Source: Delftia acidovorans NBRC 14950 (GTDB taxonomy: Bacteria > Pseudomonadota > Gammaproteobacteria > Burkholderiales > Burkholderiaceae_C). Taken from it: a stretch of 32,000 bases of DNA. The stretch covers positions 1 to 32,000 of the forward strand of contig NZ_BCZP01000039.1 of NCBI RefSeq assembly GCF_001598795.1. Reading direction: 5' to 3'. A program made the translations under genes and the position numbers. Every line of letters begins with the position of its first letter. Position 1 is the stretch's first letter. The notes beneath the pieces are model-generated. The model worked only from the letters and a program-made list of their open reading frames with translations, had not been told where the DNA came from and made no database searches. Shown here one piece after another: positions 24,165 through 32,000 of this stretch.

Positions 24165-25559
24165 GTGAATCTGGACGAGCTCGTCATCTATGTCTGGGAA
24201 GGCCAGGCCGATATCGCCGAGCGGGTGGAGCGCTGCGTGCTCAACCTGGGCGTGGACGTGGTGCGCGCCGACGGGCTGACCCTGCCCGCCGACACCAGCG
24301 AGCTGGGCAATGCGATTGCCGTGGTCAGCGTCTCGGTGCTGGAGGGCGCGCGCTTCACGCGCCAGGGCGTGGAGGGCACCTTCGGCATGCCCGTGCTGTG
24401 GGTCAGCGCCAAGCAGCGCGACGCCAACGCCGGCACCTATGCCATGGAGTACTCGCATGTGCTGCCCTTCGACTTCACGGGGGCCGAGCTGCGCGCCATG
24501 CTGGTGCGCATCCTGCGGCGCATGCAGAGCAACCAGCGCCAGGTGCAGCGCTCGGAGGACATCATCGCCGTGGCCGACTGCATGCAGCGCCTGCTCCGCG
24601 ACGTGGATACCTTTGCCGACTGCGAGCACAGCGTGCTCATCATCGGCGAGACCGGCGTGGGCAAGGAGCGCATTGCCGAGCGGCTGCACGAGCGCAACAA
24701 CCGCTACGGCCAGGGCCCCTTCGTGGTGGTCAACTGCGGCGCCATCCCGGACGGGCTGTTCGAGTCCCTGTTCTTCGGCCATGCCAAGGGCTCGTTCACG
24801 GGCGCGGTGAATGCCCACAAGGGCTATCTGGAGCAGGCCAACGGCGGCACGCTGTTCCTGGACGAGATCGCGGACCTGCCGCTGTACCAGCAGGTCAAGC
24901 TGCTGCGCGTGCTGGAAGAGCGCGCCATCACGCGGCTGGGGTCGGCCGCCGCCGTGCGGCTGGACTTCCGGCTGGTGGCGGCCACCAACAAGCCGCTGCG
25001 CGGGCTGGTGCGCGAGGGGCGCTTCCGGGCCGACCTGTTCTTCCGCCTGGCCGTGATCGAGCTGCAGATCCCCAGCCTGGAGGAGCGCGGCGAGGCCGAC
25101 AAGCTGGCCATCTTCCACGCCATCCTGCGCAAGGTGGTGGGCGAGGCCACGATGAAGGAGCTGGGCGAGGCGCCCTTCTTCATCCTCGACGCCGTGGCCC
25201 AGATGTACTTCCCCGGCAATGTGCGCGAGCTGCGCAACCTGGCCGAGCGCATCGGCGTGGCCGCCCGCCAGACGCGCGACTGGAACGCCGACGGCGCCAC
25301 GCAGCGCATCCTGCAGCACGCCCAGGCCCTGTCGGCCACCACCCTCCCGCCGGACGCCGGCGCCGCCGAGCCCCTGCTGGCCGACCGCAGCAACTGGGAC
25401 ATGGACGAGCGCAACCGCATCATCGCGGCGCTCAACACCAAGGACTGGAAGCGCCAGAACACGGCCCAGCACCTGGGCATCAGCCGCAAGGTGCTCTGGG
25501 AAAAGATGCGCAAGTACCAGATCAGCGACGGCGAGCCCGAAGTGCCCGTGCCGGGCTGA
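24165..25559 (+). CDS. Sigma-54-dependent transcriptional activator (bEBP) with an atypical N-terminal domain
   Basis: GTG 24165 is preceded by gaggga. The AAA+ core is [35 protein letters not shown] (GAFTGA-type loop) and [13 protein letters not shown]. The C-terminal Fis-type HTH is [20 protein letters not shown]. The N-terminal ~125 aa lack the DD...D...K receiver signature. Confidence 0.88.
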   Translation: MNLDELVIYVWEGQADIAERVERCVLNLGVDVVRADGLTLPADTSELGNAIAVVSVSVLEGARFTRQGVEGTFGMPVLWVSAKQRDANAGTYAMEYSHVLPFDFTGAELRAMLVRILRRMQSNQRQVQRSEDIIAVADCMQRLLRDVDTFADCEHSVLIIGETGVGKERIAERLHERNNRYGQGPFVVVNCGAIPDGLFESLFFGHAKGSFTGAVNAHKGYLEQANGGTLFLDEIADLPLYQQVKLLRVLEERAITRLGSAAAVRLDFRLVAATNKPLRGLVREGRFRADLFFRLAVIELQIPSLEERGEADKLAIFHAILRKVVGEATMKELGEAPFFILDAVAQMYFPGNVRELRNLAERIGVAARQTRDWNADGATQRILQHAQALSATTLPPDAGAAEPLLADRSNWDMDERNRIIAALNTKDWKRQNTAQHLGISRKVLWEKMRKYQISDGEPEVPVPG

Positions 25560-25594
25560 GCACGCCCTCCGACACATCCCCATCCCCCCACGCC

Positions 25595-26869
25595 ATGGAG
25601 ACTTCCACGAACATGCAGGACAAGCCGGTCATCATCTTCGTCAGCGCCGTCTACCCCAGCCAGTACAGCCTGCTGTGCAGCCACCTTCGCGCCAGCGGCG
25701 CGGCCGACAGCTGGTTCATGACCATGCCCGGCCATGCCGAGAACTACGCGAGCCAGTGCGACCACCTGCTGTCGTTCCGGCCCGATGGCGACATCGTCGG
25801 CCCGCAAAGCTACTACTACTCCAGCAAGGTGGAGCGCTCGGCACGCATAGGCCGCGGCCTGCTGCAGGGCCTGCAGGCCTTCGAGAAGGAAAAGGGAAAA
25901 CGCATCGACGTGGTGGTCGCCCACTCGCTGTGGGCTGCGCCCAACCTGCTGTACGGCGAGATCGATGCCGCCATCGTCAGCTACATCGAATTCCCCAGCT
26001 ACCGCGTGCACGGCAACGAGCCCGACTACCCGCCCGACCTGTCCCAGCGCCTGGCCGACCGCAACATGGAAATGCTGCACTACCACCAGGTGCTGTGCAG
26101 CGACCTGACCATCACGCCCAGCGCCCATGCGCGCTCGCTGTTCCCGCCGCTGCTGCAGGAGCGCGTGGCCGTGCAGTTCGAGGGCTTCGACATCCAGGCT
26201 CCCGACGAGCAGGCCGAGCCGCCGCCGCGCCAGGACACGCGCTTCACCGTGGCCTTCTCATCGCGCGACCTGTCCAGCTCCAAGGGCTTCGAGACCTTCA
26301 TGCGCCTGGTCGATCGACTGGTGCGCGAGGGCGATGGCCAGCAGATGCGCTTCATCGCCCTGGGCGACCCCACGGCCGTGACCTACGGTTACGAACAGCA
26401 GTGGGTGGAGCGCCGCTACCAGGGCAAGGTGGCCAGTTTCCGCGACCATCTTCTGCAGATCCACCCGGCCGCCCAGGTGGTGGAGTTCCCGGGCAAGCTG
26501 CCGTATGACGAGTTCGCGCGCACGCTGGCCTCGGTGGACCTGTTCCTCTATCCGCTGCGCTACGGCGTGGCCAACTGGGGATTGATGGAGATCCTGGCGC
26601 GCGGCGGCTGCGTGATCGGATCGAACTGGGGCTTTGTGCCGGAGCTGGTGCAAAACGATGTCAACGGCCTGCTGCTGCCCGACAGCGACGACGCCTGGAT
26701 AGGCGCCATCCGCCAGCTGCGCGACGACCCGGCCCGGCGCCAGCGCTACGGCCGGGCCGCGCGCGAGACGGGCAAGCGCTTTCACATCTCCAACGTGGCC
26801 CCGCGCTTCATGGACCTGTTCCGCCTGGCCATGGCGCGGCGCAAGGCCGCCCCGCTGATGCTGGAGTGA
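25595..26869 (+). CDS. GT-B fold glycosyltransferase (GT4/GT1-like)
   Basis: The C-terminal half is FPGKLPYDEFARTLASVDLFLYPL...WGLMEILARGGCVIGSNWGFVPELVQNDVNGLLLP, which matches the pattern of retaining GT4 enzymes. The alternative start ATG 25613 is 6 codons downstream. Confidence 0.78.
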   Translation: METSTNMQDKPVIIFVSAVYPSQYSLLCSHLRASGAADSWFMTMPGHAENYASQCDHLLSFRPDGDIVGPQSYYYSSKVERSARIGRGLLQGLQAFEKEKGKRIDVVVAHSLWAAPNLLYGEIDAAIVSYIEFPSYRVHGNEPDYPPDLSQRLADRNMEMLHYHQVLCSDLTITPSAHARSLFPPLLQERVAVQFEGFDIQAPDEQAEPPPRQDTRFTVAFSSRDLSSSKGFETFMRLVDRLVREGDGQQMRFIALGDPTAVTYGYEQQWVERRYQGKVASFRDHLLQIHPAAQVVEFPGKLPYDEFARTLASVDLFLYPLRYGVANWGLMEILARGGCVIGSNWGFVPELVQNDVNGLLLPDSDDAWIGAIRQLRDDPARRQRYGRAARETGKRFHISNVAPRFMDLFRLAMARRKAAPLMLE

Positions 26870-26945
26870 GGTGCAGCACCGGCCCGGGCCAGGCACGGGC
26901 CAGGGGCGGCCCAAGCGCGGCCCAGGGCCGGGATCGGTCCAGGCC

Positions 26946-28385
26946 TCAGGCCCGCGCCCGCAGGAAAAATCCCGTGCCCATGCCGGTCTCGGCGGCCGAC
27001 ACCTCGGCTCCACCAGACACGGTGGAGGCCGCCACAAGAGCAGACATGCGCTCCATGCCGCTCCAGCTCAGGGCCATGTCCAGCTCGTCGCCGTCCTGCA
27101 CCTCGGTCGCCTCCAGCACCTCCAGCACGTCTTCCACGCGCACCACCTGGTCCAGCAGGCCATGCAGCGAGGGCCGGGCGATGAAGAAGCCCTGCGCGCC
27201 ATGGGCTCCCGCCAGCGCCACGGCCTCCAGGCCCTGGGCGGACTCGATGCCTTCCACGATCACGCAGGCGCCCCGGTCGGCGCACAGGCTGACCAGGCCC
27301 TGCATCATCCGGGCCGAAGGCCGGGCCTGCAGGCTCTGGTCCAGCACGGACTTGTCGATCTTGACGATGTTGGCGCGCAGCTTGCCCAGAATGTCCAGGC
27401 CGCAGCGCCGGGGCACGATGTCGTCCAGCGCCACGCGCACGCCCAGGATCTGCAGGTGCCGCACCAGGCCCAGCGCGGCCTTCTCGCAGGGGAAGGCGCC
27501 GGTCTCGGTGATCTCCAGCACCAGGCGCTGGGCGATCTCGGGCCGGTCCTCCAGGTAGTCGAACACGCCATCCCACCAGGCGTCGTCGCAGAACGAGGCG
27601 GCCGACAGATTGCAGCCCAGGCTGTGGCCGGTCTTCATCTCCAGCGCGCCTATCATCGACCACAGCACGCTGCGGTCCAGCCGCGCGGCCAGGCCCAGGC
27701 GCTCCAGCGCCTCGATGGCATGGGGCACGGCATAGTTGTCGTAGGCAGAGAACACGCTGCGGCGCAGCAGGCACTCGTGGTAGAGCGTGCGGCCCGCGCC
27801 GGCCCCACTGCCTCCACCTGCCATGCCTGCGGGCTCCAGCAGCGTCACGGGCTGGAATGCCAGCGCCAGGTGGCCCAGCCGCAGATCGTCCAGCAGGCGG
27901 CCCGCCAACTGCATGTCGGCCTGGTAGGCCTTGATCAGCCTGGGGTGCATCCTGCGCACCGCCATGTCCTGGACGCCCGCCGTGGCGTGGCCCTTGCCGC
28001 GTATCTCATGCAGGCCCGTCAGGGAGACGCAGCCCAGCGCCTGCACCTCGGCGCGCAGATAGGCCTGGCGCGCGCCGTCCACCACCGGGTCGCGCACCAG
28101 GGCGGACTCCAGCGCATGCATCCAGCCATGCCGGGCCTGATTGCCGGGCAGCACCGTGTCAGCCATCGTGCGGGGATCGAACCCCCGAACCAGCACCGTG
28201 TCGCCCGCACGCTCCAACGATTCGGCATCGATGCCCAGGCCCGTGAGCCGCTCCACGCAGACCCGCATGGCCTCCTCGCAGAAGCCGTTGCCGTAGACGC
28301 TGCGCCAGGTCTGCAGGGGCGACAGCCAGATGGCCAGGTCCACGGGGGTGTCGCCGGGCGGAGCTTCGATGATGTCGTCGTGCAT
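26946..28385 (-). CDS. EAL-domain c-di-GMP phosphodiesterase with an unknown ~190-aa N-terminal domain
   Basis: The EAL catalytic set is recognisable: YHECLLR (E-x-L-x-R), CNLS, LEITE, ALDD, KIDKS, VEGIES, AQGFF. I prefer the ATG at 28385, which has a perfect aaggag SD 6 nt upstream, over the ATG at 28400. Confidence 0.88.
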   Translation of the reverse strand: MHDDIIEAPPGDTPVDLAIWLSPLQTWRSVYGNGFCEEAMRVCVERLTGLGIDAESLERAGDTVLVRGFDPRTMADTVLPGNQARHGWMHALESALVRDPVVDGARQAYLRAEVQALGCVSLTGLHEIRGKGHATAGVQDMAVRRMHPRLIKAYQADMQLAGRLLDDLRLGHLALAFQPVTLLEPAGMAGGGSGAGAGRTLYHECLLRRSVFSAYDNYAVPHAIEALERLGLAARLDRSVLWSMIGALEMKTGHSLGCNLSAASFCDDAWWDGVFDYLEDRPEIAQRLVLEITETGAFPCEKAALGLVRHLQILGVRVALDDIVPRRCGLDILGKLRANIVKIDKSVLDQSLQARPSARMMQGLVSLCADRGACVIVEGIESAQGLEAVALAGAHGAQGFFIARPSLHGLLDQVVRVEDVLEVLEATEVQDGDELDMALSWSGMERMSALVAASTVSGGAEVSAAETGMGTGFFLRARA

Positions 28386-28400
28386 GGTGTGCTCCTTCAT

Positions 28401-28946
28401 TCAACGGCCTGCAATGGGTTGTGAATAGCAGTGAAATCCGATCGCCCTGCGCCCCCGGCCCGTGGGCCCGCCGCCGAGCACGCCGGCATCCACGGCCGAC
28501 AGCGCCAGGTCCACATGGCCGGCCACCAGGTCAAAGACCACCGAACAGGCATCCGCCTTGCGGCTGAAATACGCCAGCGTGGCGTCCGTGCCACCAGCGA
28601 AGCTGCCCAGCAGCGCCTGCCCGTCCTGCTCCTGGAACACGGCCTGCGCGCCCCCCTGCTGGGGCACGATGACGCGGTCGCCCTGCTGCAGCACGGCGCC
28701 GGCCTGGGCCGCGATCACGTCATTGCGCCGCACGATGCGCACGCCCTCGCTCACGCGCGTGAGCAGCGCCACCGGCGCCGTCTGCGCATGAAGGCTTCCG
28801 TCGCCCGCCTCCCGCGCAGGGGTGCGCGGCACGGCGGCAGACGCAAACGAGGCGGGCACGTTCAACGGCTTGCTGCGCGCCCTGTCAGGGCTGGTGCGCA
28901 GTCGCGACAGGGCCACGCCTGCAAGCGACAACGAGAGAGCGGCCAT
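28401..28946 (-). CDS. FecR-domain-like protein (putative signal peptide), first gene of the sigma-54-dependent operon
   Basis: I chose the ATG at 28946, which is preceded by ggaggag. The longer track ORF (start 29084) would contain the sigma-54 promoter. The pattern GVRIVRRNDVIAAQAGAVLQQGDRVIVPQQGGAQAVFQEQDGQALLG resembles the FecR domain consensus. The family call is tentative. Confidence 0.55.
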   Translation of the reverse strand: MAALSLSLAGVALSRLRTSPDRARSKPLNVPASFASAAVPRTPAREAGDGSLHAQTAPVALLTRVSEGVRIVRRNDVIAAQAGAVLQQGDRVIVPQQGGAQAVFQEQDGQALLGSFAGGTDATLAYFSRKADACSVVFDLVAGHVDLALSAVDAGVLGGGPTGRGRRAIGFHCYSQPIAGR

Positions 28947-29034
28947 GGTTTCTCCTCCGAAAGACTGCGATCGATGGGGCGGGTGGCGCAGCGCCCGGTT
29001 TTCCAGACACTGCGACAAGCTTTTTGCATCCTGT

Positions 29035-29050
29035 TGCAACAAGCGTGCCA
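29035..29050 (-). promoter_or_regulatory. Sigma-54 (RpoN) -24/-12 promoter
   Basis: The minus strand reads caTGGCACGCTTGTTGCAac, an exact match to TGGCACG-N4-TTGCW with canonical GG/GC spacing. It lies about 90 nt upstream of the ATG at 28946. Confidence 0.78.
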
Positions 29051-29087
29051 TGGGCCTGGACGTCTTCATCCAACGCAAAGCCATCTG

Positions 29088-29100
29088 TAACCTATTGATT
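29088..29100 (-). promoter_or_regulatory. IHF-consensus site between the putative UAS and the sigma-54 promoter
   Basis: The minus strand reads AATCAATAGGTTA, which fits WATCAANNNNTTR at every constrained position. It is preceded by the A/T tract CCAAATAA and lies about 40 nt upstream of the -24 element. Confidence 0.5.
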
Positions 29101-29128
29101 TATTTGGACACCCAAGCACAGCTGCCAC

Positions 29129-29187
29129 CATGTCACCCCACGGCGTTACGGGCGATGTCACGTAACGCCTGCGCGCCACGGCGTTAC
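29129..29187. promoter_or_regulatory. Repeat/palindrome cluster, candidate bEBP upstream activating sequence in the divergent intergenic region
   Basis: CCACGGCGTTAC occurs twice (29138-29149 and 29176-29187). GGCGTTAC (29142-29149) is inverted as GTAACGCC (29162-29169). ATGTCAC occurs twice (29130-29136 and 29155-29161). The cluster lies 80-150 bp upstream of the sigma-54 promoter. Confidence 0.45.
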
Positions 29188-29246
29188 TTTCGCAGCGGCC
29201 GCGCAGGACGACGCGGCCCTGGCTGCCAGGCGCGGCCCCCCTTTCG

Positions 29247-30643
29247 GTGTATGTTCCAGCGCATCACTTTCAGGAGCCGGCCCTGTCCCCGCAAAAGTCC
29301 ATCCAACGGGATCTGGTGATCCTCTGGCTCACCATCTCGGCCGTCGCCCTGGTGCTGGCGTGGCTGCTGCTGCTGCTGAGCCGGCAGGGCACCGACCAGC
29401 AGGTTTCCCGCGCCCGCGACGCCGCAGGCGTCAGCTGCAGCGCACTGCAGGCCGGGGCCGCGCGCATGGGGCTGGCGGGGCTGATGGCGGACACGCCCAG
29501 CGCACAGGCCCGGTCCGCCGCGCAGGCCGTGCTGGACCTGGCGCTGCGCGAGCGCCCCGGCATGGAGGGCGGCTTCTGGCGCGAGGGCCCCGGCGTGGTG
29601 GCCTATGCGTTTCCCACCTATGACGGCTCGGGCATCAAGCGCGATGCGCCCAGTGCGGAGATGGAGCGCATCACCTCCACCGCCCAGCGCGCGCGGGACA
29701 GCGCAGGCCTGGTGACCGACCTGCGCCCCGGCCTGCGCGAGGCGGTGGTCTTTGCCGCCTGCCCGGCCCAGGCGGACGCACCCGGGCTGGTGGCCTGGAC
29801 ACTGATGCGCGTTCCCCTGATCAGCGCCGACGTGGTCAACCCCCTCATCCTTGCCGTCAGCCTGCTGCTGGGCATGGTCCTGGTCTCGGGCCTGTGGCTG
29901 GGCAGAATGCTCCGGCGCTGGCAGCGGCAGTCGGCACAGATGGAGCAGCAACTGCTCAGCGCCGAACGGCTGGCCACCCTGGGCAGGCTGTCCGCAGGCC
30001 TGGCGCACGAGATCCGCAATCCGCTGGGCACCATGCGCATGAAGGCCGAGACCGCGCTGGCAGCGCCCGCGCCACTGCGCGAAGCGCGCAGCCTGGGCGC
30101 CCTGGAGGCCGTGCTGGCCCAGACCGCGCGCCTGGAAGACCTGGTATCGAGCCTGCTGGCATTGACCCAGCCCTTCCGGGTGCAACCGGAGCCGGTGGAC
30201 CTGCAGCAGTTGCTGGACGAAAGGCTGCAGGCACATGCCGAGCTGGCCCAGGCCAGGGGTGTGCAACTGGCAACGGCAGTGTCCGCCGGCCTTGCCCGGG
30301 ACCTGCAGGATGGGCGCCGCCCGCTGCTGGACACCGTGCAGATGGCCAGGGCGCTGGACAACCTGCTGCTCAACGCACTGGCGCACACGGCGGCCGGCGG
30401 CCGGGTGGAACTGGGCGCAGATCGCGGCGCCCACCGCAACAGCCCGCTGCAACTGTGGGTGGCAGATGACGGCACGGGCATTGCGCCCGAGCTGCGCGAC
30501 ACGCTGTTCGAGCCCTTCACCACCGCGCGCCCCGGCGGCACCGGGCTGGGATTGGCGCTGGTGCGCGAAATCGTGCTGGCCCATGGCGGCCGCATCGCGC
30601 TGGGCAAGACAACACAAGGCACACGCATAGAAATGGAATTTCC

Positions 30644-30659
<16 letters not shown>
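29247..30659 (+). CDS. Sensor histidine kinase (two TM helices, periplasmic loop, HisKA + HATPase_c)
   Basis: TM1 is ILWLTISAVALVLAWLLLLL and TM2 is LILAVSLLLGMVLVSGLWLG. The H-box is LSAGLAHEIRNPLG, the N-box LLLNALAHT, G1 DDGTGI and G2 GGTGLGLALV. The start is uncertain (ATG 29247 or GTG 29316). Confidence 0.9.
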
Positions 30660-31990
<1,331 letters not shown>

Positions 31991-32000
31991 GGCAGCAATG

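Overview
High-GC (about 65-70%) proteobacterial DNA; gene content and protein flavour suggest Burkholderiales/Comamonadaceae, but that is inference only. The coding strand is almost entirely '+'. I found no rRNA, tRNA, CRISPR array, integrase or transposase.

Layout:
(1) 2-5277: a 5'-truncated Gly-rich tandem-repeat protein, a Pal-like OmpA-domain lipoprotein, and a 1096-aa protein whose C-terminal ~450 aa are colinear with the Mur ligase MurF but carry eroded motifs, fused to an unassignable ~630-aa N-terminal region.
(2) 5377-10348: a translationally coupled type I secretion system (PrtD-type ABC without a C39 domain, HlyD adaptor, TolC-like outer membrane factor).
(3) 10454-24114: a complete Tad/Flp pilus locus: two flp, cpaA, cpaB, cpaC, tadZ, cpaF, tadB, tadC, tadD, a DUF3613-like gene, two tadE-like genes and tadG.
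(4) 24165-31990: a regulatory and accessory tail. It holds an orphan sigma-54 activator, a GT4-like glycosyltransferase, a minus-strand FecR-like/EAL phosphodiesterase operon, and a divergent histidine kinase plus NtrC-type response regulator.

The clearest unannotated signal is a consensus sigma-54 promoter (TGGCACG-N4-TTGCA), with an IHF-consensus site and repeat/palindrome motifs upstream, driving the FecR-like/EAL operon. The best candidate for an undescribed system is the repeat-protein / Pal paralogue / MurF-like fusion / T1SS cluster. All product calls rest on motif recognition by eye, because no searches could be run.
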